Shown one piece after another: positions 1 through 11,185 of a stretch of 64,000 nucleotides of DNA. The notes under the pieces were generated by a model. That model saw only the letters and a list, made by a program, of their open reading frames with translations, made no database searches and was not told the DNA's origin. The position numbers and the translations under genes are program-made. How positions within the stretch are numbered: the first letter of the stretch is position 1; each line of letters starts with the position of its first letter. The stretch is from an uncultured Candidatus Saccharibacteria bacterium (GTDB taxonomy: Bacteria > Patescibacteriota > Minisyncoccia > Phycocordibacterales > UBA918). The DNA is taken from NCBI GenBank assembly GCA_964643955.1, contig CAZXUO010000001.1, positions 78,314-142,313 on the forward strand. Direction: 5' to 3'.

Positions 1-980
1 GACAAGATACGGTCACTTTCTTCAAAAACACGAGCGAACTCATCTGTAAACGGATCATACGAATATACCCCACCATCCCCAGATCTATAGATCTTATTTT
101 CTAAGACCTTATTTCCAAATGATCTATAACCGAATCCGCTTTCGGGTGGTCGTGCAACCTCAAATTTTTCGTTAGAACCATCTGGAAGAAAGACAAGATG
201 CTCGTAGACTCCTCGTGAGCGGACAGACTCAAGAAACATCGTGCCTTTGGATTCTTGAATCAGGTCAATTGGTTCGTAGTAAGCTTCACTTGATTCGAGT
301 AGCACATTAAAATCTCTGTTGCATTGATCTGGTACAGCAGTACTATCACTTGTGAAAAGAACAAATTCGATATAGTTTTCGTGCCCTCCTCCACTAATAT
401 AGCTAACGCCAGTATATCTAAATTCTCCAGATATATATTGTCTGGCGTCCTCTCGTTCCCTAGCAAATGAGTACTTTGCATTTTCAGTTGTCGACGGAAC
501 GGCCCAGCGACTATCAAACTGATTATTATCTGCACCAAATACACGATCACCAAATGATATAAATTTAGATGGGATTTCCTCATCCTGTTCAGCTTTTGTT
601 CCGAAAATAACGCACGAATTATTGTCATTTTCTAATACGAAAAGGAAGTGGCCATAACTTGAATATGGATACGGAAATGACTTTTTTGCTTGTGTACTCT
701 CAAACCATCCATCAGGAATATCAAAACTTATGTTTATAGTATTTGATTTCCACTTAGTGCGACTATGTGTCTCTGTTGTAGAAGCATTGTTTCCCTGATC
801 TTCAGTTAAAGCATCTTGTGACGGAGTGCGAGCAGTTCGAAATATACTGTCAGCGAAAAGATTCCATGACAGAACAACGGCGACAAGCGTACAAATGAAT
901 ACTAAAAACGCTGAGTCTTGGATTCTTATTCTTTTCCAAAATGGAGAATAGGGTGGTTTTGGAGATTCAGTATCGAGCAT
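1..980 (-). CDS. Membrane-anchored exported protein, partial (runs off the left edge); not in the ORF track
   Basis: Manual translation from ATG at 980: MLDTESPKPPYSPFWKRIRIQDSAFLVFICTLVAVVLSWNLF...ISFDIPDGWF. One N-terminal TM; the 3' part was not fully translated but its absence from the track is consistent with no stop before the edge. Confidence 0.7.
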   Translation of the reverse strand, partial: MLDTESPKPPYSPFWKRIRIQDSAFLVFICTLVAVVLSWNLFADSIFRTARTPSQDALTEDQGNNASTTETHSRTKWKSNTINISFDIPDGWFESTQAKKSFPYPYSSYGHFLFVLENDNNSCVIFGTKAEQDEEIPSKFISFGDRVFGADNNQFDSRWAVPSTTENAKYSFAREREDARQYISGEFRYTGVSYISGGGHENYIEFVLFTSDSTAVPDQCNRDFNVLLESSEAYYEPIDLIQESKGTMFLESVRSRGVYEHLVFLPDGSNEKFEVARPPESGFGYRSFGNKVLENKIYRSGDGGVYSYDPFTDEFARVFEESDRIL

Positions 981-1116
981 CTGTTGATTTAATTATTACA
1001 CAGAGAAGGATCATTTCGATGTTTTTCAACAGTACTGGCGTCTTCCCTATTGATTCTTAATTTATTCCAATGGATATGGTCACAAGTATTTTTTCAAATG
1101 GAAAAAACTCGCTACT

Positions 1117-1132
1117 CCCGAGAGGATTCGAA
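1117..1132 (-). repeat. 16-bp copy of the tRNA-Ala T-arm/acceptor region
   Basis: cccgagaggattcgaa at 1117-1132 is identical to 1269-1284 inside the tRNA. Confidence 0.7.
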
Positions 1133-1220
1133 GCTTACAGCTTCAGTTCAGGTTGTATGACCTTTTCTCCCTCAGGTCGAAAAGTTCGACAACCTCTTCG
1201 AATCACCTCCCGAACGCCCC

Positions 1221-1269
1221 GTCCACTAAAAAACGCCGGAAAGAATCCGGCGAATTTTTAGTGGTGGAC
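1221..1269 (-). terminator. Hairpin overlapping the tRNA-Ala 3' end
   Basis: ccactaaaaa-a-cgccgga...tccggcg-aa-tttttagtgg inverted repeat. Confidence 0.6.
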
Positions 1270-1337
1270 CCGAGAGGATTCGAACCCCCCGCCTCCTCAG
1301 TGCAAATGAGGCGCTCTACCAAATGAGCTACGGGCCC
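1262..1337 (-). tRNA. tRNA-Ala(TGC)
   Basis: Reverse complement GGGCCCGTAGCTCATTTGGTAGAGCGCCTCATTTGCACTGAGG...GGTTCGAATCC...CCACCA; anticodon TGC; CCA encoded. Confidence 0.97.
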
Positions 1338-1482
1338 TTAAGATTTCTGGGAGAAATATTAAGTTCTGCTTACAAAACTTAAGTTACCCCTGAGTACTGC
1401 GCCGTATCGTTGGATACGGGCCCTGCTTTATGTCTCCAAGAGACAGCCACTATAATACGTATTTCTCCACTTTCAGTCAATC

Positions 1483-2463
1483 CTACCTCCGGCGGCTCAA
1501 AAGGGCGTCATCGATCAAATGATGGACGAATTCTTGATATGAACAGCCGACGGCACCGAGCGCCTTTGGAATAAGCGACTCAGGCGTGAGGCCGGGCAGT
1601 GTATTGATCTCAAGGAAATACACGCCATCGTCTCGGATGATGAAATCAGAACGCGAGTACTGTGAGAGTTCGAGCGTTTCGTGCACCATTTTTGCAAGGC
1701 GCTCAATCTCCTCTTTCTCTGCATGCGAAAAACGCCCCGGGCATATCTCTTGCGTCTCACCGTTGTATTTTACTTCGTAGTTAAAGAAGCCGGCCTTCTG
1801 AGGTGGAATGATCTCAACAACAGGAAGTGCGTAGATCGATTGATTGCGGAAATTGTTGAGTACGCCACATGTTGCTTCCTTGCCTGCGATAAACTCTTCG
1901 ACAAGTACTTGCTCGTACTGCCCTAAACTTTTACGCAGAGCAGCTGCAAGCATATGCGGGTTATCTGCAATAATCGTGCCGATCGACGAGCCACTCGAGA
2001 CTGGCTTCACCACATAGCGCGGCCCGAAGAGCTCGTTGATCGATTGGGCCATACCGTCGATATTTGAGCACGCATCTGAATTGACGAGCATGTGGCGCGC
2101 CATGTTGATGCCACTGTCACGCAATCGATCTTTCGTCATCGCTTTATTGAGTGCAATTGCTGATGGAAATGCGCCGCTGCCGGTATATGGCACACCGAGC
2201 GTATCAAGAAGGCGCTGCACCGTACCGTCTTCGCCGTATGCGCCATGGAGCGCGAGAAAAACAACGTCTACGCTGCACGCAATATCCTGCGGCGTTCGTA
2301 CACGACCACCGAGCAGCCATTCACCAGACTTCGTGATCACGACATCAAGTGGTTGATATCGATCGGTGTCGATCGCGGAAAGTACGCCGGCACCGGTCGC
2401 GATTGAAACATCGTATTCTTCACTTGGTCCGCCACGTAATACGGCAACACGGTATTTGTTCAT
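1483..2463 (-). CDS. ddl: D-alanine--D-alanine ligase
   Basis: GGPSEEYDVS, LHGAYGEDG, GSSIG, LEINTLPGLT motifs. Confidence 0.95.
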   Translation of the reverse strand: MNKYRVAVLRGGPSEEYDVSIATGAGVLSAIDTDRYQPLDVVITKSGEWLLGGRVRTPQDIACSVDVVFLALHGAYGEDGTVQRLLDTLGVPYTGSGAFPSAIALNKAMTKDRLRDSGINMARHMLVNSDACSNIDGMAQSINELFGPRYVVKPVSSGSSIGTIIADNPHMLAAALRKSLGQYEQVLVEEFIAGKEATCGVLNNFRNQSIYALPVVEIIPPQKAGFFNYEVKYNGETQEICPGRFSHAEKEEIERLAKMVHETLELSQYSRSDFIIRDDGVYFLEINTLPGLTPESLIPKALGAVGCSYQEFVHHLIDDALLSRRR

Positions 2464-2519
2464 ATATGGTTACTACTATACCCCATCAGAAAAAGATGCG
2501 TGTGGATACCTGCGTATTG

Positions 2520-3749
2520 CTAGATAAATTTCCCGCGCTTCTGGCGGTGGTAGTTGATCGCAAAGCGATGCGCTTCGGCGTTTGCAAGGAGGATCGCTGT
2601 TTCTTGTTGCGCAATAAGCACCTTTGAACCAATGAGCCGCTTCGGACGATGAAATTCATCCTTTACGACACCAACGACCGGTATTGTTACGCCGTATTTC
2701 TTAAGTACGAGCTCGGCAGCATTTTTTTGCGCTGTACTACCATCAACAACAATAATCTGCGGCATACCCCACTCATGGTGTGCGAGGCGACGATCGAGTA
2801 CTTCCTTTAATGCAGCTGGGTCGTTTGAGCTTTGTACGCTTTGAATTTTAAACTTTCGATACTCGCTCCGAGCCACATCGCCATTCTCTACAACGGTCAT
2901 CACCCCAACCATATCTTTTCCTGCAAGATGCGCGATGTCATACGCTTCAATACGCACTCCTGACGCTTCATCATTGCGGTACATATCACGCTTCACTAGT
3001 GCTATATCTTGGATATGTGTGAGCGCAAATATTTTTCGCTTCACATCATTTGCTTTCTCAAACTCCTGATTTTTTGCAAGCTCCTTCATGTCACGTTCAA
3101 GCTCTTTGATGAGCTCATGCTTCCTCCCTTCAAAGAAAAGTTTGATATGACGAATGGTCTTGTTGTACTCATCTTTTGATTGCTCGCCTGGATAAAGACC
3201 GATCTGGCGGTTGAAGTCTATTTTTCCGCGACCCATCTTGGTCTTGATTTCGGCGAGCGGCTTTTCCGTATCGTAAAATTTAAAAATCTTTCGTACGATC
3301 GCAAGCGCTTCTCGAAAAAGCATGCCGCTCGGAAATGGGCCGAACACGTATTTGAGATCCTTATCGGTAAATTTTTCTGTAATATCTTTGCCGCGGACCA
3401 CAAGTACGCGCGGATATTCTTCATTGGTAATTACCAAATGATTGAAGCTCTTGTCGTCTTTTTCGCGCGTATTATATTTTGGCTTGTGCGTGCGGATGAG
3501 ATTTGCTTCGAGAATGAGCGCCTCGAGCACAGAATCTGTCTCTGTACACTCTACTGAGAGTGCCTCGGCAACCATTTGCTCAATCAGCGGACTGCGTTTA
3601 TCGGCGATATCATGTGAAAAGTAGCTCCGCACGCGAGACTTAAGCGACGTTGCTTTACCTATGTATAAAATACGTTTTCGGGCACCAAGAAAAAAATACA
3701 CTCCTGGTGCATCGGGCAATTCATTTGTTTTAAAATCTTCGATAGTCAT
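2520..3749 (-). CDS. uvrC: Excinuclease ABC subunit C, short form without the C-terminal HhH domain
   Basis: GIY-YIG (PGVYFF...YIGKATSLKSRVRSYF), UVR coil (FEKA), RNase H-like nuclease (IEAYDIAH, VDG, EAHRFAI). Confidence 0.9.
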   Translation of the reverse strand: MTIEDFKTNELPDAPGVYFFLGARKRILYIGKATSLKSRVRSYFSHDIADKRSPLIEQMVAEALSVECTETDSVLEALILEANLIRTHKPKYNTREKDDKSFNHLVITNEEYPRVLVVRGKDITEKFTDKDLKYVFGPFPSGMLFREALAIVRKIFKFYDTEKPLAEIKTKMGRGKIDFNRQIGLYPGEQSKDEYNKTIRHIKLFFEGRKHELIKELERDMKELAKNQEFEKANDVKRKIFALTHIQDIALVKRDMYRNDEASGVRIEAYDIAHLAGKDMVGVMTVVENGDVARSEYRKFKIQSVQSSNDPAALKEVLDRRLAHHEWGMPQIIVVDGSTAQKNAAELVLKKYGVTIPVVGVVKDEFHRPKRLIGSKVLIAQQETAILLANAEAHRFAINYHRQKRGKFI

Positions 3750-3776
3750 TTTCTCTATAGTAACCGAAAAAAGGAA

Positions 3777-3796
3777 CCGCGCGGCATGCCGCGCGG
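3777..3796 (-). terminator. Intrinsic terminator after the orphan ORF
   Basis: Palindrome ccgcgcggcatgccgcgcgg followed by a T-run on the minus strand. Confidence 0.6.
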
Positions 3797-3803
3797 CGAT
3801 CCC

Positions 3804-4277
3804 TCAACTATTTTTCTTAGACAACCTCATGAACCACGGGAGCCTTCGATGAGCACGGAAGCTTGCTGCATACGAACGCGCACCGACACAGATCTCCTCA
3901 TTGCTCGGCATGCCGCCGACTTTTTTGTGGTTATGTACAAACCACTCGAGTGCAGCGAGATGCAGTAGCGCTTCAAGATCGTCGAGATCTTCCGTACCGT
4001 ATTCTTCCTCACACACAATCTCAGATTGTTCAGAGAACAGATGCCGCGATGCAGCAAGAAACCAATTCGGCAGAACGCCCATCAACTCAAACTCCGCGTA
4101 TGAGTCGGCGATCTTCTTTACAGCTTCCTCCATGACGTGTGGCTGACGAGGTACGAAGTACCAGTCGTACAGCTTTTCGAACGTATGCTTGATCCAAAGA
4201 GGATCAATGGTAGCTACCCGAAACTTCTGAGCGCATTCGAAGAGAACGAGTGGAATCTCTTTCGGTTGATCGAGCAT
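3804..4277 (-). CDS. Hypothetical protein
   Basis: 157-aa ORF between uvrA and uvrC; GGAGG upstream; own terminator. Confidence 0.6.
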   Translation of the reverse strand: MLDQPKEIPLVLFECAQKFRVATIDPLWIKHTFEKLYDWYFVPRQPHVMEEAVKKIADSYAEFELMGVLPNWFLAASRHLFSEQSEIVCEEEYGTEDLDDLEALLHLAALEWFVHNHKKVGGMPSNEEICVGARSYAASFRAHRRLPWFMRLSKKNS

Positions 4278-4339
4278 GGTGCCCCCTCCATGAGAACCTC
4301 TAAGTCTTCACCATACCACCCTCTTTTGCGAGCGGCAAC

Positions 4340-6988
4340 TTACTTAAGTGCCTTCTTCAAATAGTGTCCCGTGTACGAGCCTTTCGTATCGGCGACTTCT
4401 TCAGGAGTACCTTTTGCCATGAGTTCACCACCATTCTTTCCACCTTCAGGGCCGATGTCGATGACATAATCCGCGCACTTAATAAGGTCGAGGTTGTGTT
4501 CAATCACTACCACCGTATTGCCGTGATTGACGAGCTGCTGAAGAATCTCGATTAGCTTTTTGACATCTTCATAGTGAAGACCGATGGTTGGTTCATCGAG
4601 AAGGTAAATAGTTTTTTCTGTGTGACGACGATAGAGCTCTGCCGAGATCTTTACACGCTGTGCCTCGCCACCTGAAAGAGTCGTCGCCGATTGTCCGAGC
4701 TCAAGGTATCCCAATCCTACTTCTTGAAGCGAGTGGAGACGATCATATACCGCAGGAATGTCATTGAAAAATTCAATCGCCTCTTCGATCGTCATATGCA
4801 ACACTTCGTCAATATTCTTCCCCTTGTAGGTCACCTCGAGCGTTTCTTTTGTAAATCGCTTACCATCACACACATCGCACGTCACATACACCGTCGGCAA
4901 GAAGTGCATCTCAACCGCAATCTCACCATTTCCCTGGCACGCTTCACAGCGACCGCCTTTTACGTTGAAAGAAAAGCGTCCCGATTTCCAGCCGCGCGCT
5001 CGCGCTTCGGTCGATGCCGCAAAGAGGTCGCGGATATGCGTAAATGCGCCCGTATAGGTCGCAGGGTTTGATCGCGGTGTGCGTCCGATCGGCGATTGGT
5101 CGATGAGTACGGTGCGGCCGAGATACTCAGAGCCGGTAAATGATGCGGCGTTGTACGTATGCGGCGTGCGGTAGCGCTTCTCGAGGCGCGAGCGGAGGTT
5201 GCGGTGGAGAATCTCGTACATAAATGTCGACTTACCCGAGCCCGACACACCGGTGATGGTGATGAGTCGTCCAAGCGGAATATCGACATGCATATTTTTA
5301 ATATTAAATGCCTTTCCGCCGCGTATTTTAATAGTGCCCTTTTCTCCTTCACGACGCTTTTCCGGTACTTCAATCTTGCGGTCGCCGCGAAGATAGTCGA
5401 GCGTGATAGAACCCGAGGTGTTTTTCTTTGCTTCAAGCAAATCCTTAAGATATCCATCAACGACCACATTGCCGCCGTGCACTCCTGCGCCCGGGCCAAT
5501 GTCGACAAGATAGTCAGATGCAAAAATAGTATCTTCATCGTGCTCCACGACGAGAATAGTGTTGCCGAGATCGCGGAGGTTCGTGAGTGTCTTAATGAGA
5601 CGCTCATTGTCGCGCTGGTGAAGACCGATTGTTGGCTCATCGAGCACATAGAGTGCGCCGACGAGGCCTGAGCCGAGCTGTGACGCGAGGCGGATACGCT
5701 GTGCCTCGCCACCTGAGAGCGTATTGGCGCGACGATCGAGTGTGAGGTACTCGATACCGACATCGATCATAAACTGCAAACGATCGATGATTTCACGGAT
5801 CGCCGGCCACGCGATCTCCTGCTGCTGTTTTGAAAGCTTGATATTGCCGATGAAGTCGTATGCATCACGGATCGTCATACCGGCAAAATCAACAATGTTT
5901 TTCCCGAGTCCTTTTGCATCTTTTTCATCTGACTGGAGATACACACGGAGTGCCTCAGGTCGGAGTCGAGCACCGTGACACGACGGACACTCGTCATCAT
6001 GGAAAATACCGATGGTACCAAGTCCATTACACTCAGGGCATGCGCCGTATGGAGAGTTGAATGAAAAGAGACGCGGCTCTACCTCGGGAAATGACGAGCC
6101 ATCAATCGGACAAATAAACTTAGCCGAAAGCGTACGCTCGCTTCCATCAGGACTTTCGATCTTAATGAGGCCAGACGACTCCTTGAGCGCATGTTCGATC
6201 GCTTCCGAGAGTCGTTCGCGCGAACCTTTTGGATCATCTGAAAACTCACTCACGTAAATTTCATCAACGAGCACGTCGATGTTGTGTCGCTTTGTCTTTG
6301 TCAGAATGATGCGCTCGCGGAGTGGCTTCAATTCTCCATCGATCTTCACCGTCTCGTATCCTTTTCCAAGGAGATCGTAGAGAAGTTGGTAGTGCTCACC
6401 TTTTCGGCCGACGATAAGTGGCGCAAAAACGCGTACCTTTGCGTCAGATATTGGTACACCCATCACTTCTTGCTTCACCCCTTTCTTAAACTCCTTATCT
6501 TCTACTGATTTCAAAATGATACGGAGAATCTCATCTTGTGAGAGCTTTTGAATCTCGACATCAACGCCGAGGCAGTACGGCTGACCAACACGCGCATAAA
6601 GAATACGAAGGTAGTCGTAAATCTCGGTGATAGTTGCGACAGTTGATCGTGGGTTGCGTGAAGCAGACTTCTGATCAATCGAAATAGCGGGCGAAAGGCC
6701 TGAAATCTCATCGACATCCGGCTTCTGCATTTGGCGCAAAAACTGTCGCGCATATGCAGAAAGCGACTCCACATACCGGCGCTGACCTTCTGCAAAGATA
6801 GTATCGAATGCGAGCGAAGATTTACCAGAGCCTGAAAGGCCCGTAAACGCAACCATCGCATCGCGCGGAAGCGTCAAGGAAATGTTCTTAAGATTGTGCG
6901 TGCGGGCACCCTTAATTACGATCTCATCAGAAGACCGTACGTCTGTCCGCGTCACTTTCTTTTTATCTCCCGAAGTGTTCTTTGCCAT
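4340..6988 (-). CDS. uvrA: Excinuclease ABC subunit A
   Basis: GARTHNLKN, GLSGSGKSSLAFDT, two LSGGEAQR signatures, C-terminal Zn finger; start placed at MAKN. Confidence 0.97.
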   Translation of the reverse strand: MAKNTSGDKKKVTRTDVRSSDEIVIKGARTHNLKNISLTLPRDAMVAFTGLSGSGKSSLAFDTIFAEGQRRYVESLSAYARQFLRQMQKPDVDEISGLSPAISIDQKSASRNPRSTVATITEIYDYLRILYARVGQPYCLGVDVEIQKLSQDEILRIILKSVEDKEFKKGVKQEVMGVPISDAKVRVFAPLIVGRKGEHYQLLYDLLGKGYETVKIDGELKPLRERIILTKTKRHNIDVLVDEIYVSEFSDDPKGSRERLSEAIEHALKESSGLIKIESPDGSERTLSAKFICPIDGSSFPEVEPRLFSFNSPYGACPECNGLGTIGIFHDDECPSCHGARLRPEALRVYLQSDEKDAKGLGKNIVDFAGMTIRDAYDFIGNIKLSKQQQEIAWPAIREIIDRLQFMIDVGIEYLTLDRRANTLSGGEAQRIRLASQLGSGLVGALYVLDEPTIGLHQRDNERLIKTLTNLRDLGNTILVVEHDEDTIFASDYLVDIGPGAGVHGGNVVVDGYLKDLLEAKKNTSGSITLDYLRGDRKIEVPEKRREGEKGTIKIRGGKAFNIKNMHVDIPLGRLITITGVSGSGKSTFMYEILHRNLRSRLEKRYRTPHTYNAASFTGSEYLGRTVLIDQSPIGRTPRSNPATYTGAFTHIRDLFAASTEARARGWKSGRFSFNVKGGRCEACQGNGEIAVEMHFLPTVYVTCDVCDGKRFTKETLEVTYKGKNIDEVLHMTIEEAIEFFNDIPAVYDRLHSLQEVGLGYLELGQSATTLSGGEAQRVKISAELYRRHTEKTIYLLDEPTIGLHYEDVKKLIEILQQLVNHGNTVVVIEHNLDLIKCADYVIDIGPEGGKNGGELMAKGTPEEVADTKGSYTGHYLKKALK

Positions 6989-7079
6989 ACAAATGCGCCT
7001 CACGCACGTCTATAGCATGAGGTAATGTGCGCACATTATACCACATTTATGCTATAGTGCCCGTCGGAACATCTGGGAG

Positions 7080-7295
7080 ATGGACATGATTCTTCGTTGG
7101 TTCTCGGAGTTGCTCCGATTCGCATTTCCTCCACGCGTCTCTGTCTACGACATGTGGAAGCGCAACGAACGGGCATTTCGACCCGGCACGATGCTCTATC
7201 CGGACGATCAGGCTCGCGAGCATGAAGAGGCACTCAAGATTGCCAGGAACTGGCAGACTAAGTGGGGTCCGAAGACGAGACGGGGTCAGAAATGA
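7080..7295 (+). CDS. Small hypothetical protein
   Basis: 71-aa ORF filling the uvrA-uvrB gap; followed by a + strand terminator. Confidence 0.5.
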   Translation: MDMILRWFSELLRFAFPPRVSVYDMWKRNERAFRPGTMLYPDDQAREHEEALKIARNWQTKWGPKTRRGQK

Positions 7296-7307
7296 CCCCG
7301 CTTTTTT
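7281..7307 (+). terminator. Intrinsic terminator
   Basis: cggggtca-gaaa-tgaccccg followed by ctttttt. Confidence 0.7.
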
Positions 7308-9327
7308 ATTTCATCTCCTCGAGTGCGCGGATCTCATCGCGCAGGATGGCAGCAGTTTCAAAATCAAGCAGCTTCACCGCCTCATTCATCTGTCGTGTCT
7401 TTTCCTTAATCACCTTCTTTGGATTTTTTGCGTAGAGCGCGCGATCGATGGTGAGAAGTGTATCAACCGTCTCTTTATGTACCGTGCGGAGTTGATCGGT
7501 AATGTCTCTGATTTCTTTAAGAATAGTCTGTGGCGTAATGCCATGCTTCGTGTTGTACGCAACCTGTATAGCGCGGCGGCGGTTGGTCTCATCAATCGCA
7601 TTTTTCATTGAACCGGTGATGCCGTCGGCATAGAGAATCACGCGACCATTCACGTTGCGGGCAGCACGACCAATAGTCTGAATGAGCGACGTCTCCGAGC
7701 GAAGAAATCCCTCTTTGTCTGCATCGAGGATCGCGACGAGCTCCACCTCAGGAAGATCGAGGCCTTCTCGAAGCAAGTTCACACCCACGAGACAGTCGAA
7801 GGTGCCTCGGCGAAACTCAGTAAGTGTCGTAATACGATCGATTGTTTTGATTTCGCTGTGGATATACTCAGCTTTGATATTGCGCGCCTTCAAAAATTCC
7901 GCGAGGTCTTCTGCCATCTTCTTGGTGAGCGTCGTCACGAGTACACGCCCACCGCCTGCGATCACTTTTTCAGATTCTTCAATGAAGTCCTGTACCTGTC
8001 CGGGGTAACCCTCCTCGTCTTTTGCTACGCCCAAAATAGGACGGATGATAATCTCCGGATCGATGAGGCCTGTCGGACGAATGATCTGCTCCACCACCTG
8101 CGTACTATGTTCCTTTTCGTACACACCCGGTGTCGCTGAAGTATAGATCGTCTCACCAACGCGCGTCTCGTACTCATCAAACATGAGCGGGCGGTTGTCG
8201 GCTGCGCTCGGCAGGCGGAAACCATGCTCTACGAGGGTCTTCTTGCGCGACTGATCTCCTGCATACATACCGCCGAGCTGTGGGATCGTCACGTGCGATT
8301 CATCAATAATCGTGAGGAAATCCGGTGTACCGTCTTCCTTGTGTGGAAAATACGAGAGGAGCGTATAGGGCGCTTCTCCCTTTTTTCGTCCATCAAAGTG
8401 TCGCGAATAATTTTCAATACCGTTGCAGTAGCCAATCTCACGAATAAGTGCGAGGTCGTGCTGCGTACGACGCTTCAAGCGTTCTGCTTCAAGTATCTTT
8501 CCTTCCTTTGCAAATTTTGCGAGCTGTTCTTTGAGCTCAGCATCAATATCAGCAATCGCACGCTTGCGCTCAAGCTCCGGCGTAACGAAGTGCTTGGCTG
8601 GAAAGAGGTAAAACGTCTGAACTTCTTCAATAATGGCGCGCGAAACAGCGTCGATCTTCGTGACTGCAGAAATAGTGTCGCCCGAAAACGTAAGGCGATA
8701 GATGACACGCTCGTTGGTTGGCATGATTTCGATATGATTGCCAATAGGGCGGAAATGCCCGGGTGTGAGATCGGCAGGAGTACGCTCGAAATAGAGCGCG
8801 ATAAGCTCTCGCACCATATCGCGTCGCGTGATGTTGGTACCTACTTCAATGCGCTTATGGACCTTTTCGTATTCAATCGGTGAACCGAGACCGTAGATAC
8901 ATGAGACAGACGCAACAATAATGACATCATCTCGAGTAAGGAGTGCTTGTGTTGATGCATGACGAAGTCGATCAATTTCCTCATTGATCTGCGCCTCTTT
9001 TTCGATATAGGTATCAGACACCGGCATGTACGCTTCCGGCTGGTAGTAGTCGTAGTAGGAAACAAAGTAATGCACAGCATTCTCAGGAAAGAAATCGCGA
9101 TACTCCTGCGCGAGCTGCGCTGCAAGCGTCTTATTGTGCGCAATCACCAAAGTCGGCTTCCCTATCTGCGCAATTACATTTGCTGCAGTAAACGTCTTGC
9201 CGGAGCCGGTGACACCGAGAAGCGTCTGATGTCGATCACCGCGACGAACACCCTCCACAAGCTTTTCTATAGCCTGCGGCTGATCGCCCGCAGGCGCATA
9301 CTTAGTTGAAATCTTAAAATCCGCCAT
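7306..9327 (-). CDS. uvrB: Excinuclease ABC subunit B
   Basis: GVTGSGKT, YYDYYQPEAY, DESH, QTIGRAARN, FETAAILRD. Confidence 0.97.
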   Translation of the reverse strand: MADFKISTKYAPAGDQPQAIEKLVEGVRRGDRHQTLLGVTGSGKTFTAANVIAQIGKPTLVIAHNKTLAAQLAQEYRDFFPENAVHYFVSYYDYYQPEAYMPVSDTYIEKEAQINEEIDRLRHASTQALLTRDDVIIVASVSCIYGLGSPIEYEKVHKRIEVGTNITRRDMVRELIALYFERTPADLTPGHFRPIGNHIEIMPTNERVIYRLTFSGDTISAVTKIDAVSRAIIEEVQTFYLFPAKHFVTPELERKRAIADIDAELKEQLAKFAKEGKILEAERLKRRTQHDLALIREIGYCNGIENYSRHFDGRKKGEAPYTLLSYFPHKEDGTPDFLTIIDESHVTIPQLGGMYAGDQSRKKTLVEHGFRLPSAADNRPLMFDEYETRVGETIYTSATPGVYEKEHSTQVVEQIIRPTGLIDPEIIIRPILGVAKDEEGYPGQVQDFIEESEKVIAGGGRVLVTTLTKKMAEDLAEFLKARNIKAEYIHSEIKTIDRITTLTEFRRGTFDCLVGVNLLREGLDLPEVELVAILDADKEGFLRSETSLIQTIGRAARNVNGRVILYADGITGSMKNAIDETNRRRAIQVAYNTKHGITPQTILKEIRDITDQLRTVHKETVDTLLTIDRALYAKNPKKVIKEKTRQMNEAVKLLDFETAAILRDEIRALEEMK

Positions 9328-9400
9328 TGATTGAATGAGGTCAGTATAACAAAAATTTTGCCGCGATGAGGTTTCCCCCATCGCGGCATTACTTCGCCTT

Positions 9401-9859
9401 TCAGACTGTTCGCCACTTCTCGCGAGTTATTCTTTTTTTCTCGCGTGCCTCACGCCAGGACGGCGGCATTGGCGTACATGCAACGAGATAGTGGAACAAT
9501 GCTACAGAGATAGCCCAAATCGTTATCCAATCAAGAAAGAGTGAAAGAACTGCGACGGAAAACAAATGTCCAATGCGATGTTGTACGCTTTCATACTCAT
9601 CCCTCAAAGGATTCCGCATTCCTCGATAAGTGGTACCTTCTGCCCGAAGACTCCGTCCAAGATATGCAATCATTAGTATCATTCCGAGAATGAGCACTGT
9701 CGGAGTGTCTCGGAATTCCGCGTAGAACGAAATACCACTACATAACGCGCAGATTTTTGCGTAGAAGAAATTGTTCTTGGTGGTATGGTATTCCACCCTC
9801 CACATGATGACTTCCAGATTATCAAGAAGCCAAGCGTCTACCTTTTCCAAGGACATCAC
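9401..9859 (-). CDS. Hypothetical membrane protein
   Basis: Several hydrophobic segments; GGGAGG upstream; hairpin at ~9360-9388 downstream. Confidence 0.6.
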   Translation of the reverse strand: MMSLEKVDAWLLDNLEVIMWRVEYHTTKNNFFYAKICALCSGISFYAEFRDTPTVLILGMILMIAYLGRSLRAEGTTYRGMRNPLRDEYESVQHRIGHLFSVAVLSLFLDWITIWAISVALFHYLVACTPMPPSWREAREKKRITREKWRTV

Positions 9860-9937
9860 CGCCTCCCAGTTTGAGATGATTGGAAAAAACTCTGATGAGA
9901 ACTATGCCACATAAATATTCATTTTGGAATACTTATC

Positions 9938-11185
<1,248 letters not shown>

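Noticed and set aside
260-628. 122-aa minus-strand ORF in the track
   Set aside because: Out-of-frame shadow of the longer ORF starting at 980
1070-1261. 63-aa plus-strand ORF (LLPRGFE...)
   Set aside because: Translation of the antisense tRNA-like repeat and hairpins
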